The translations under genes were made by a program, and so were the position numbers. A DNA stretch of 64,000 bases from Octopus bimaculoides (taxonomy: Eukaryota): contig NC_068984.1 in NCBI RefSeq assembly GCF_001194135.2, positions 5,290,701 to 5,354,700 on the forward strand. The letters run 5' to 3'. The notes under the pieces are model-generated. The model worked only from the letters and a program-made list of their open reading frames with translations, searched no databases and was not told where the DNA came from. This document shows, one piece after another, positions 36,609 to 49,524 of the stretch (position 1 is its first letter; each line of letters opens with the position of its first letter).

Positions 36609-38608
36609 GTACGTGAATGGTTTTCTGTTTGTGTATTTGCCAAATAGAACGAAAGAAATAGAATGAAAGATTCGCCAAACAAGAGAAAGTACGCAAGAAA
36701 TATAACAACAACGGGAAAAACATCCCATACAACAAGGGCAACCTGAAAAGTAGAACAACGACGACGGCAACAACAACAACAACAACAACAACAAATCTGA
36801 TAAGATCTTCAACACAAAAGTGGACCATATCATATCCGATTACATACATACTGCTTTGAGGTGAAGAATGTTTCTTGAATTTTAATCTTGTCTTTCAATG
36901 TTTTTCTATCGATTTCTTCCCCTGTTTGTTATCTCAAGCATTTTATCGAATATATGCCACTGTGTGAGAAAACAAGCGAAGGATAGCGACTAGTTACATG
37001 TTCGTTTCCGCTTCGTAGCATTTCGTTTTTCATAGAATCTATGAGAACATAATTTCAGAGATATAGCACTGTAAAAGACATCATAAATAAAAGGTGGAAT
37101 AGACGGGGAAGAGGAATGAGATTTTATTGGCAGGTTAATCAAATTATTTATCTTCACAAAAACGAATGTGAAACAGATTTTCTTGGTAGGGAGGTTTGTT
37201 TCTCACCTTTGGCCGAAACTTTGAATGGTGTTATTTCAGTTTAATAGATACACACAGAGTCTCATGTATATATATATATATAATCTATTTATCTTTCTAC
37301 GTATGTGTATGTATACATATATGTGTATATATATATATATNNNNNNNNNNNNNNNNNNNNNNNNNNNNNNNNNNNNNNNNNNNNNNNNNNNNNNNNNNNN
37401 NNNNNNNNNNNNNNNNNNNNNNNNNNNNNNNNNNNNNNNNNNNNNNNNNNNNNNNNNNNNNNNNNNNNNNNNNNNNNNNNNNNNNNNNNNNNNNNNNNNN
37501 NNNNNNNNNNNNNNNNNNNNNNNNNNNNNNNNNNNNNNNNNNNNNNNNNNNNNNNNNNNNNNNNNNNNNNNNNNNNNNNNNNNNNNNNNNNNNNNNNNNN
37601 NNNNNNNNNNNNNNNNNNNNNNNNNNNNNNNNNNNNNNNNNNNNNNNNNNNNNNNNNNNNNNNNNNNNNNNNNNNNNNNNNNNNNNNNNNNNNNNNNNNN
37701 NNNNNNNNNNNNNNNNNNNNNNNNNNNNNNNNNNNNNNNNNNNNNNNNNNNNNNNNNNNNNNNNNNNNNNNNNNNNNNNNNNNNNNNNNNNNNNNNNNNN
37801 NNNNNNNNNNNNNNNNNNNNNNNNNNNNNNNNNNNNNNNNNNNNNNNNNNNNNNNNNNNNNNNNNNNNNNNNNNNNNNNNNNNNNNNNNNNNNNNNNNNN
37901 NNNNNNNNNNNNNNNNNNNNNNNNNNNNNNNNNNGTGTGCATATGTGTGCATCTGTATCCGTGTATGCTTTTATATATATGTAGCATATATATGCACATA
38001 TACACACAGCACCGCACGTACGCACACACACACACACACGTATACATAGATATCTGTACTCACTCGTGTCATGTATTCTCCACAACCCTAATTTAAAATG
38101 AAACGCCATTAACGTTTTAGTTTTGACGTTTGTTTTTCTATGAAAATGCAGGAAATTTGCCGAGAAATCTAATTTTCTTATTCAAATTCAATTTCCATCC
38201 GTCACGTGACTTGATTTTTTAAATATAAAAAAAGTTATGCTTTCTGCATTTATCACGGTATTTGTTTGTTTGTTGACGTTCTTGCTGTTATTGTTGTTGT
38301 TGTTTAAGCACTCCATACGTGTTTATTTGTATTTTTCTAATTTTGTAATTCTTGAATTCTTTTTCCTTTTTGTTTTCGTTTTTCTTTTATTTTTTACAAA
38401 ATTTGTGTTCATTACAATTTGAATAAAATGAAGTTTCCTTCCGTTTTTTAGAGATTAGAGAATGATTTGAGGAATATTTTCCAGCAGAAAATATTCCCCA
38501 AATCTCGGCGTTAAGATAAAATGTGAAATTCTTTAGAACTTCTATTTCTGAAAGTTATGTACCAACAGGGTGTACACAGAGTGCAGAGTACAGCAAGAGA
38601 GGGTAGTA

Positions 38609-38824
38609 TTAACCATATTTCTGTTCAGATGCTCTGTGTTTCTTTCAATTATTTCAAATATAACAAAGAATTTAGTAAAATAACTTAGTTATCATTAAGC
38701 TAGTGTTAGGAACATAAATTGTGACTAAAGTTTGGTGGAAGATTTTAATTCAAAACTTATGAAAACAAGACATTTGTACTACAGAGACAGAACCGGTTTC
38801 AACCGGGTTAGTATAAAAGTTTGA
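38609..38824. mobile_element. Possible old non-autonomous DNA element (piggyBac-like TTAA-type ends, degraded)
   Basis: Starts TTAACCATATTTCTG and ends CGGGTTAGTATAAAAGTTTGA. It resembles a recalled octopus interspersed repeat; the TIRs are not clean. Confidence 0.35.
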
Positions 38825-39095
38825 TCTACTGTTAGATAGATTAAGGAGATTATTTATTCAGAATACACCAAAAATGCATTTTCAAACAGGAAAACTAGGA
38901 GCGTACAAAATATACTGGGTTAAGGGTTGAACGAGATGAAGTATAATACAAGATGCATAATCAAATATATTATATCGGGACACACTGTTTCTCTGCAAAC
39001 GTGCTGCTTTCCTTTTTGTGTGTTTGTGTGTGCGTGCGTGTGCGAGTGCAAACGGATACATATATTTGAGAATGTATTTATATACATGTATGAAC

Positions 39096-39142
<47 letters not shown>

Positions 39143-40944
39143 GTCCNNNNNNNNNNNNNNNNNNNNNNNNNNNNNNNNNNNNNNNNNNNNNNNNNNNNNN
39201 NNNNNNNNNNNNNNNNNNNNNNNNNNNNNNNNNNNNNNNNNNNNNNNNNNNNNNNNNNNNNNNNNNNNNNNNNNNNNNNNNNNNNNNNNNNNNNNNNNNN
39301 NNNNNNNNNNNNNNNNNNNNNNNNNNNNNNNNNNNNNNNNNNNNNNNNNNNNNNNNNNNNNNNNNNNNNNNNNNNNNNNNNNNNNNNNNNNNNNNNNNNN
39401 NNNNNNNNNNNNNNNNNNNNNNNNNNNNNNNNNNNNNNNNNNNNNNNNNNNNNNNNNNNNNNNNNNNNNNNNNNNNNNNNNNNNNNNNNNNNNNNNNNNN
39501 NNNNNNNNNNNNNNNNNNNNNNNNNNNNNNNNNNNNNNNNNNNNNNNNNNNNNNNNNNNNNNNNNNNNNNNNNNNNNNNNNNNNNNNNNNNNNNNNNNNN
39601 NNNNNNNNNNNNNNNNNNNNNNNNNNNNNNNNNNNNNNNNNNNNNNNNNNNNNNNNNNNNNNNNNNNNNNNNNNNNNNNNNNNNNNNNNNNNNNNNNNNN
39701 NNNNNNNNNNNNNNNNNNNNNNNNNNNNNNNNNNNNNNNNNNNNNNNNNNNNNNNNNNNNNNNNNNNNNNNNNNNNNNNNNNNNNNNNNNNNNNNNNNNN
39801 NNNNNNNNNNNNNNNNNNNNNNNNNNNNNNNNNNNNNNNNNNNNNNNNNNNNNNNNNNNNNNNNNNNNNNNNNNNNNNNNNNNNNNNNNNNNNNNNNNNN
39901 NNNNNNNNNNNNNNNNNNNNNNNNNNNNNNNNNNNNNNNNNNNNNNNNNNNNNNNNNNNNNNNNNNNNNNNNNNNNNNNNNNNNNNNNNNNNNNNNNNNN
40001 NNNNNNNNNNNNNNNNNNNNNNNNNNNNNNNNNNNNNNNNNNNNNNNNNNATATATATATATATATATATATATACGTGTATATATAAATGTATGTATCT
40101 AATGCATACAAATTTACATGCATCTTTCTCTAAGTGTGTTAATATATCAGGACGCTTTCTTGACTTTTTCACTTTTGTTCAACCGTTTTAAGAACGATGT
40201 CAATCGAACTTGTCTTTGTAAAGCTCTGAAGGTATAAACGTTATTACGATGTGAATGGTTGATCCAAAGTCAATTATACCTGTGCTGCTTCAAATCATGA
40301 GACACATGATATATTAGCAAAATCAGTAAAGTTCGAGGTCCCACGATGAACGTTTAAGAAGGTGCTCTATTGAAAACAGCTAACCCATGTATTGTTCTCG
40401 ACTATTCAGTAGATGTCCAGATTGAAGAACTGTAAGATTTTGAAAAATCTCCCGTCAACATCTGTTATCTCGCGATGTTCAATGCAGAGGTTGTTCGGGT
40501 CTAACCACCCAACCGTTATGGTACCGGCCTTTGATATTCAGAAGTAAACCAATTCGAACCAAACTATTATGAAGATATCAAAGATACGCGATTATGCTAA
40601 ACACGCTGGACAATTCTCCATCCTTTTACTTAACGTTTATATTCCTTTTTTTTAGCGATGTTTTACTTATATTCATTGACATATTATTGTTGAAACTGAA
40701 CATCAGATGCATCGGTATGACAATGTGGGGAAAATTTACATGGAAAAGACATGGTATTGGCTGAAAATAATGAAACGAGGTCAATCAGCCATTTATATTC
40801 TCTCAATTCAAATTCAAGTTCAGCAGAGTTTATTCTGTTGCAAATCATTGAACCAAACGTCTGTTGCGCATGTCTATTTAGTAGACGGTAATATGGTGAT
40901 TTTCAGTTTTCACAACTGCACAAATCTCACTAGCCTTAGCTATG

Positions 40945-41100
40945 TATATATATATGGTGAGAATTTACAAAGAAACAAAAGACGAAAACGGGTGTGTAAA
41001 CAACGAACAGATGTATTAGTTTAATGCTCGGGAAGTGAGAAAGTCTTTTACGTTTCGAGCCTACGCTCTTCGACAGAAAGGAACACAGAAATAAACATTA
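40945..41100 (-). mobile_element. PLE-type terminal repeat, family 2
   Basis: The reverse complement gives TTTCTGTGTTCCTTTCTGTCGAAGAGCGTAGGCTCGAAACGTAAAAGAC...TTCCCGAGCATTAAACTAATACATCTG. Confidence 0.75.
41045..41080 (-). ncRNA. Minimal hammerhead-like motif with variant core (best-preserved copy)
   Basis: CUUU-CUGUCGA-A-GAGC(GUAG)GCUC-GAAAC-GUA-AAAG. Stem I has 4 bp, stem II has 4 bp, stem III is the palindrome ACGU, and the triplet is GUA. A6 is replaced by U. Confidence 0.6.
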
Positions 41101-41284
41101 TATGTATCGTCGTTTTTTACGGGATGGAGTCACTGGGCGGGCATCCGAAGGCTTAAGTCGATAGTACCACGCATATTTGTCTCAGTGTTCATTTCTGTAT
41201 GTTTTGGTTAAGTTATTCGCTGGGTTTTCAGAATATGATGGTGAAAAGATTGAAGGTGGGGGACTGGTGATATTCCTAATGAGG

Positions 41285-41990
41285 CCTGCAGGTACGGTAA
41301 AATATATCTCCTTTCATGTGGGCAAAGGTAAAAGATCTCACTCCTGCTGTTTAGGAGGTTGTCTGCTTTAGGAAAGTTTTTGTAATGTAGTTCTTTTTTC
41401 TACTAAGCATAATCCCATTTTTCTTTTTTGTTTATGCTTTTAAAATTAGCTTTGCACTTCTCTTAGATTTTCTACCTTATGCTGTACTCCGTGGTTCTTT
41501 CTTTTATAGACCATACCTGTCTGAATTTTCGTCCCTCCAAACTATTGAAAGAACACCTATTGGTATTAGACCTGGTCTTGAAGGGATCTTCTTTTGCCTC
41601 CACATACTTCCACGAGTTTGATTGGGTTGCCCGTTTTGAACTTTTGATGTTACTGCTGCTTCATAAACGACCATTTAGGTGTTACCATGGTCGTTAAGGG
41701 AACGTGCCGTATTACCTCTATATGTCCAGTATTGCAGTTAAGCTTTGGCTGCCAACGGTTTTAAGGAGATTAGTTATATGCCAGACTCTAATCTCTTCAA
41801 GAGAAAACGCCACCGGAAAGTGTTCTCGTTCACATCCTTTTCTTCTTATGAAGATGAAAACATTTGCCATACGAACAGGTTCAGTAAACGTTTTACCAGA
41901 CACACCTTAAGAGTTTCCTTTCACTGTGCACCTAATATACCAAAGATAAATGTAGGGAACCTCAAAACTGAGAGAGGGACAGGTCCCTTA
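41285..41990 (-). pseudogene. Penelope-like retroelement ORF C-terminal (GIY-YIG endonuclease) remnant
   Basis: Minus frames read VVYEAAVTS, KYVEAKEDPFKTRSNTNRCSF, VWSIKERTTEYSIR*KI and NLLNSRSEIFYLCPHERRYIL. These match the PLE pattern VVY.A.V..YIG.T...FKTR.N.H..SF...+W.LK...Y.I.W.I...LLN.RSE+..C.H. Many stops. Confidence 0.85.
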
Positions 41991-43124
41991 AGTAGAGGTA
42001 ATACCACATGTCCCATTACACTTTTACAGTATACTTTCATATAAATATACATCTATATACCCCCAGACAGACGTTGATCAAGAGATCGTAATAATCCACA
42101 ATGAGAAACAACTCAATAAAACCGAAAATACTTGGCGTTTATAAGTTTTCTTACAATATTGTGAGATAATTATGACACTTGTTTTCTGGCAGAAGACTCT
42201 TCTCTGAGATCTGAGTCTTTATAGTTAGCCATGTTGTAAGAAGACAATTGACGCGAAGTACGTATACACATGTGTAAGTGTATATGTATATAAGAATATT
42301 TGTGTGTACGTATATGTATGTGTTTTCTGTGTGTATGTATGCATGTGTAAATGGACGTCGACATACAGGCGAGTGTATTTAAGTCTCCATTGTCGTTTGT
42401 ATAAATATGTAGCTATATCCATGTTTGCATGTGACGCATATATGTATACGCATTTGATCTTGTGCGTATGCGCGCGCGCGTGTGTGTATGCGTGCGTATG
42501 TATGCTGATGTGTTAGTGTGCGTGTGTTTTTGTGCGTTCACGTATGTTTATTCCGGAAACTGAATCTTTCGTCCCAGTTCGTTCAGCATTATCATAATGT
42601 AGCTGGTTGCGAAATAAACCCTGATTGAACCGAAATAGAAAGAGAGGGAAACACACACACACACACACACACATACATATATGTGTGTGCTTGTTTGTAT
42701 GTGTGTGTGTATCGAGAGGGAGAGAATAGAGAGTGAAATAATGTGCAAGTGTGGGTGGTCATGAGGACGGCATGAGTACAGTTTAGAGGGATGCAGGAGG
42801 TGTGTAGGCGTATGTACTTCCTTGGGCAGCCAATGCAGACGATATATCGAACCTATTTTCTTTGGCTATTATTTATGGAACAATGAGAGGGGAGGTATTT
42901 CACGGTTGTAAGCTTTCAATTTGCACAACTGTTGGTGAATATATAACAGCAACGACAGCAACAACAATAACTACATCAAGAACATGAACAACAACGAGAA
43001 GAAGAACAAGAGAAAGAACAACAACGATAGCAGCGTTAGTAACAACAGCTGTGAAAACTGAAGCAGCGGCAGCAGTAACAGCAGCGGCAGCAGCAAGACC
43101 AGCAGCAACAAGACCAGCAGCAAC

Positions 43125-43171
43125 AATTATAGCAGTAGAAACAGCAATTTAAACTGAAGTAACAGTAGTGC

Positions 43172-43252
<81 letters not shown>

Positions 43253-43286
43253 AAGCAGCAGTAGTAGTACTAGTAGTAGTAGTAGC

Positions 43287-43330
<44 letters not shown>

Positions 43331-43345
43331 CAGTAGTAGCAACAG
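43125..43345. repeat. (AGT)n/(AGC)n microsatellite
   Basis: Direct reading. Confidence 0.95.
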
Positions 43346-44564
43346 GAGCAACAACGTTTACAAGATATTACTTATAACGTTATCGACTACGAACAAGTTC
43401 CACCATTGAAAACAAATTATTTCACGTTCTCTCGACGTTTCTAAATTTTTTATGACGTAAACAACTGCAGTATTAGAATTGTTATCGGGATCTTTAGGAA
43501 CTAGAGATAGCAGTAACAGGTGTGATGGCAACAGAGTTAATAAAAGCAGCAGGAGACACGATAATCCATTTGTGTCGAAGAAGACTTTATCCATCTAAAT
43601 GGTTATCGCTTTGCTGGAAGTAGAAGCTAAATCTTAACCAAAATATTTCTCACCGTTTTAAAAGCGAGAGGATGCATTGCATAATGTATAGATGCTAAAC
43701 GAAATAACAGGTGATGGTCATGGATAGAATATACTTGATTTGTTTTATCAAGTCACTTTCAGTCACTTGTTCCCAATGTGAATTGTAGAATTACCTTTAT
43801 TAAAGACGTAATTTACATCCTTCAATACCAAAACAAAGAAAAATAAGACAAAAACAACAAAAGAGCAAAGAAGAAAAAAAAAACTATTTGATGAGTGAAA
43901 CAGAGAAATAACGGTTTTTAGAGGTACCTGTAGTTTAATTCGTATCACCTGATAATGTTGGAATATATATTTCACTATGTCTAACCCTGCTAACACACAA
44001 ACCGTTTTCTTGGCGAATGAATAAGTCTGTTTAGTAAGCAAAAGAGAGAAGAGTGTGTAAAGGGAGTTTATTAGGTGATCCGATAACAGTAAAACAATTT
44101 AAGCATCTCAGGTAAAATAATTAACCTTTTAATGTTTACACAATTTTCTCAACGAAATTTAGCGCTTATCGTTTAGTGATTTTAGTGGCAGCGTTTAGTG
44201 TTTCACATGCTGACGCACGGATCATGTACATACGTACCTACATACGCACTTGCATGTATGCACACACACACACACACATATATGTAATGTAAGTGTGTAT
44301 GTTTGTGTATGGTGTATATATATATATATATATATATATATNNNNNNNNNNNNNNNNNNNNNNNNNNNNNNNNNNNNNNNNNNNNNNNNNNNNNNNNNNN
44401 NNNNNNNNNNNNNNNNNNNNNNNNNNNNNNNNNNNNNNNNNNNNNNNNNNNNNNNNNNNNNNNNNNNNNNNNNNNNNNNNNNNNNNNNNNNNNNNNNNNN
44501 NNNNNNNNNNNNNNNNNNNNNNNNNNNNNNNNNNNNNNNNNNNNNNNTATATACATATATATAT

Positions 44565-44982
44565 AGGAGTGGCTGTGTGGTAAGTTGCTTGCTTACCAAC
44601 GACACAGTTCCGGGTTCAGTCCCACTGCGTAGCACGTTGGGCAATGCCTTCTACTATAGCCTCGGGTCGATCAAAGCCTTGAGAGAGGATTTGATAGAAG
44701 GAAACTGAAAGAAGCGTGTCATATATATATCTATGTCTGTGTGTGTGTGTGCACGTGTGTGTGCGTGTATTTGTGTTTGTGTGTCTGTGTTTGTCCTCCC
44801 ACCATCGACTGACAGCTGATGTTGGTGTGTTTACGTACCTGAAAAATAGCGGTTCGGCAAAGAGACCGATAAAAAGTACTAGGCTTACAAAGAATATGTC
44901 CTATGGTCGATTTGTATGACTATAGGCGGTGTTCCAGCATGGCCACAGTCAAATGGCTGAACCAAGTAAAGGAATAAAAGAA
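44565..44982 (+). mobile_element. Full-length SINE B with internal microsatellite
   Basis: Colinear with 18698-19113. Confidence 0.9.
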
Positions 44983-45435
44983 TATATATATACGCATAAA
45001 CATACATACATACGTATATACGCATGTTCATATAGATAAAATACACACACATATACTTATTTTATATCAAATTACATATAAAGCAATCTAACATTCAATG
45101 TGACGAGCTACATTTTACTGTTTAGTTGAGCAAATATTTATGAATCTTTTACAAGGGAAAAGTTAATCGTGGATTGGAATGTTCGGATTACTCACCCATT
45201 ATTTCTGATGTTTATTAGCATATATATATATTAATAAAGCTGCAAAAATTATCACAAAAATAGTTACTCAGAGTGTTAGGTTCTCGTTCGTCGGGCAGTT
45301 TTGGTTGAGAAATTTTGCAACGTTTTTATTAAAGCATATTACTCTACCTCCGGGTTTCGAGTACTATTTTCTCCACCCTGTTTCACATTTATATGCTTAC
45401 TCTGGTGGGTATATATATATATACATATATAAACG

Positions 45436-45471
<36 letters not shown>

Positions 45472-46049
45472 CATATATACACGTGTGTGTGTATGAACTG
45501 TGAAGATCAAAGTAATGTCTTGTATATTTATGCTAAATACGTTGCGGCAAACAAGATCGTGTTTATAGTAATCACTGTTACGTTTCATCACCTGAGATCA
45601 ACTTCTCTTCGTGAATGTTTGTTTATACCATTCATTATTGCAAGGCACTCTGGGACATCCGGCGTTTCACCAGTGCTGTGTCTCGTCAACCAGAGGCACC
45701 CCTGGAATAATCAATCTAACAAGAGGCGAAGCTCATATTTACAACTACAACGAACAACGGTGCTCATATCTGCCAACTGAAAATAAATGGTCTTAAGGAC
45801 TGTGAACTGCAAGAAGCAAGACGATGACTTTCGTATCCATTGTTATTACATTCTACAGGATTCATTGGCATGTTTTATGAATACATATTCGTCGCAAAGG
45901 AGGGGCTGGTCTCCTGTGACGATAAACAACAGCAATTAGCACATTCACATTCGAATCTGTCGGAGCTTATTAACACTCAATATGCATGCCTCGCATCTCT
46001 CATCCTCTCTCTCTCTCTCTCTCCCACCTCTATATATATATACATTCAT

Positions 46050-46242
46050 TCGGCATGATAGATCGCTAACCACTACAAACATTTTTTTCTCTCCTTGTTT
46101 CTTTCTGTGTTCCTTTCTGTGGAAGAGCATAGGATCGAAACGTTAAACAATTTTTCACTTCCCGAGCGTTATACTAATACATCTGTTTTTTTTCTACACC
46201 ACGTCTTCGTCTTATGTTTTTTTTTGTGAATTCTCCCTATAT
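46050..46242 (+). mobile_element. PLE-type terminal repeat, family 2
   Basis: GATAGATCGCTAACCACTAC...TTCCCGAGCGTTATACTAATACATCTG. Confidence 0.75.
46113..46148 (+). ncRNA. Hammerhead-like motif, variant core
   Basis: CTTT-CTGTGGA-A-GAGC-ATAG-GATC-GAAAC-GTT-AAAC. One mismatch in stem II. Confidence 0.5.
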
Positions 46243-46270
46243 GTATATATATATATATAGAGAGAGAGAG

Positions 46271-46301
<31 letters not shown>

Positions 46302-47120
46302 CTGAGATATACAGGCCCACATATAGATAGATATTTTATAACAAAGAATTGTAAAATGTATTCTATTATTGAAAATGTTGTGTTGTGTTTTTCAAGATTC
46401 AAAACCAAACAGCTTTCTCTGTATTCGATCGTCAGCACCTGCAATGAAAAACATCCTGTTATCCAGGATTGTATCCAAACGTCTCACTGGATAAGACACA
46501 ATTAAGCTTTCGTATATTTCGAGTCGAGGAAGATAAGAGTTTTTAAGGGGAGACAGCTCACACGACCTTCTGTCAGAAATAAAAATAAATAACTAAATAT
46601 ACTTATTAGTAAAACGTAGTGCAAAGAACATTCTTTCCTTTTACCAACTTGAGTAAGACTTAAAATGTGGACTCGATGTTACGTGTCGAGTGTTATGTTA
46701 CATTATGTGTTAGCCGTAGATCATTTTTGAGCTCGAATTCCTCTGGGATAGAAATATGTCTGAAGATTTTAAAGTTTATGTTTCTTAACGTTAGAGACTA
46801 ACGAGAAGACTTCGCTTCATTTACGTGATAGCCATACAGAATTACGACGAGCTTTTCATTTACATCGGGTTAGCAACACCTACCAAAAGCGCTGCATTCT
46901 TAATTTGTCTCGAGATTTCTTTCTTTACTGTCTTTGAGTGACAAATATTTCTCGGAAGGTTTGTTGAGTTATACTTTTTTTTCTAGATCAAAATAAAAGA
47001 CTGTTTTGAGAATCTGTCCTGAGATGTGTTATCAATTAACCCTAGGCATATTCCTACTCTACAGTTTGCCTTCCCTACATCTGCTCTCTCTATTTCTCAT
47101 GGCAGAAATGCCTCCTTGAA

Positions 47121-47351
47121 GGCGGCGACCTGGCAGAAACGTTAGCACGCCGGGCGAAATGCTTAGCGGTATTTCGTCTGCCGTTACGTTCTGAGTTCAA
47201 ATTCCGCGGAGGTCGACTTTGTCTTTCATACTTAAGAGGTCGATAAATTAAGTACCAGTTGTGTACTGGACTCGATGTAATTGATTTAATCCCTGTGTCT
47301 GTCCTTGTTTGTCCTCTCTATGTTTAGCCCCTTGTGGGCAATAAAGAAATA
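47121..47351 (+). mobile_element. Full-length Deu/Nin SINE, type-1 tail, with 17-bp TSD
   Basis: AGAAATGCCTCCTTGAA occurs at 47104-47120 and 47352-47368. Confidence 0.95.
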
Positions 47352-47388
47352 AGAAATGCCTCCTTGAAATGGTAGCAGAATTCTGGAA

Positions 47389-47583
47389 GCTTTTATCATT
47401 TACTTGTTTCGGTCATCGGACTGCGGCCATTGCTGGGGCACCTCTTGAAAGATTCTCATTTTCAGTTGAACAAATTGATTCCAGTGCATATTCTAAGTTA
47501 CAGTACTCATTTGCTATCATCACTTGCCGAAGTGCTAAGTTACCTAACACCGGTTATCAAGCGGTGATGGGTGAACACACAGA

Positions 47584-47646
<63 letters not shown>

Positions 47647-47872
47647 GCACGCGTACACACACACACACACATACACACACATATCTTTACGACGAGCTTC
47701 CTCGGAGTCCGTCTACCAGATTCACTTACATAGCGTTGGTCAAGCTCGGTGCCATAGTTGAAGACATTTGTTCAGGAATAAGTAGAAGACACCTGCCTAA
47801 GGTACCACGTAGTGGTGGAATTGGAATCGAAACCACCTGATTGTAAGGCGAGATTGTTAACCACACACCCGT
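47389..47872 (-). mobile_element. Degenerate full-length SINE B with internal (CA)n
   Basis: Tail TTGTTTCGGTCATCGGACTGCGGCCAT.. and head ..GTAGAAGACACCTGCCTAAGGTACCACG..CCACACACCC. Confidence 0.8.
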
Positions 47873-49359
47873 GACTAAGCAAATACAGAAATTCTGACTA
47901 CTCCAAAATACCGGGTAACTTCCAGTGAAATTTATAATAGTCGAGAACTCCAAGTCTCATACAATGCCCGTACAGAGGTTCCAGAAATCAAGGGGCTCCA
48001 GGACGAACGTACCTAGGGGCTGATTAAATGAGGGTTACATGAGAAGTGAAAGTTACATTGAATTTCGGGCAATATTTGATTCCGATTCTGTAGGCTCTGA
48101 GAACAAATTCTACCGGATTTAACGTCGTCTTTCATAAGGTAACAAAAATATAGTGTAGACGATCTATCGTCTGCCACTCTACCCTAAAGCTATGTGGCCT
48201 TGTGCCAAAGAAATCCTCGTTACCATTATTTTTATTTAGTTCAACTGTTGACGTGACTTGTCTAGCTGCCAGCTGATGGTAAAAGTAAAAAGTACAGTGC
48301 AACATTTGCAACATCTGGCCTTCATATTTATTTCCACGCTTAGTTCATACGTTTCCCGGCATGTTCTAAATTAGATTCTACATTGAAACGAAACGATGTC
48401 ACTTCGTCCTTGGAAATAGAGCGATCCGAAAATGGCGGAACCTGGTTCAGTTTCAGACATATGCTTACTTTGCGTTCTTTCGTCTTAGCGGAGATTATAA
48501 CAAATAAGAGTTATTTAATATATATATATATTGACAGAAAAGACAATAGAAGAAAGAAAGAGACCTCGATATTATGTAAATAGAGGAATTTGTCTGTAAA
48601 AATATGTGACAATTATTCGGTAGCCATGATAAAACTCCGAGTTTCGGATGCTGGGACGGAAACCCACGCCACCATCTCTTCAGTTCTCTGGCCATTAAAA
48701 ATTCCTGTGAAATGACCGTTAAACAAAGGGAAATTACTGTGTGATTGACCGTTATTAAGACAAAGGAGCTATTAGAATGACTGTTAGATAAGGGGAGGAA
48801 GTAAAGGTAAAGGAGTAAAAAGACCATAGTATTCGCGTAAGCGCACCAATCCGTGCAAGCGCCTATATGTATATACTCGTCCACCCTCACTTGAAACACA
48901 CACATGCTCACCCACACATTCGCCAAATATATATATATGTATATATATATATATACACATACACACATATTTTTACAGATATATATATATATGGACAAGG
49001 ATTCTGGATGATTTGTTATATTTACTTTACATGAAGTATTACGATCTGACGTTCACTTCCAAGTCTTTCTCTGATCATCTCTCTTGAATGCATGCTCATG
49101 CTTTCCCCGTACGTTATGGCGACGTTGTTGTTTCCAAAGTTTTTGTTTCATTTCTCTATTATTAATTTTACTCGCGTCTTTATCTTAATAGAAACTAATG
49201 GATAAAGAAATCAAACTACATAAACAAACGGCAGCAAAACCATTCAGAAATTAAATAACACTAACATATTCAGTAACAATAATAAATTCAATTTATCTTC
49301 GACAACTTTTAGTTTTGCCAATTTTGAATACAGCGCTCCTGTTTAAAACTTCTTACCTA

Positions 49360-49520
49360 CTTCACAATTGCATTTCTAGCTCTACGTTGAAGGAAGCTTT
49401 ACTTCTTGGACTCACATCTTTGTGCGCAACGATGTTGTTAAACCTCCGTTAACAGCACCTTATGCAAGTCCTTTCCGTTTATTCACTATAGACCTTAATG
49501 GTGGTAAAGAAACTATTTGA
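49360..49520 (+). pseudogene. Gypsy/Ty3 LTR-retrotransposon integrase C-terminal (GPY/F) remnant
   Basis: Reads LYVEGSFTSWTHIFVRNDVVKPPLTAPYASPFRL-FTIDLNGGKETI*, which fits the recalled consensus THVFVR.D.VK.PL.PPY.GPF.V...F.+D.NG...TV. Confidence 0.7.
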
Positions 49521-49524
49521 TGAC

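Noticed and set aside
38201-38210. GTCACGTGAC (CLEAR/E-box) with a TATA-like run downstream
   Set aside because: A single motif with no linked TSS or exon, so it cannot be called a promoter.
40272-40346. Ig-like motif NYTCAASN...AKSVKFEV
   Set aside because: There is an in-frame stop 4 codons upstream, the acceptor is weak, and the rest of an Ig domain is missing.
41745-42044. + strand 99-aa ORF with a donor-like end
   Set aside because: It is mostly antisense to the Penelope-like ORF remnant.
46500-46590. Further hammerhead-like string on the - strand (CTGACAGA...CTCGAAAT), and isolated CTGATGA hits near 2540, 35705, 53960 and 57560
   Set aside because: The core is disrupted, or there is no stem II/GAAA partner.
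48094-48138. 45-nt + micro-exon candidate (ALRTNSTGFNVVFHK)
   Set aside because: It has canonical splice sites, but chance occurrence is likely in ~45 kb and there is no supporting homology.
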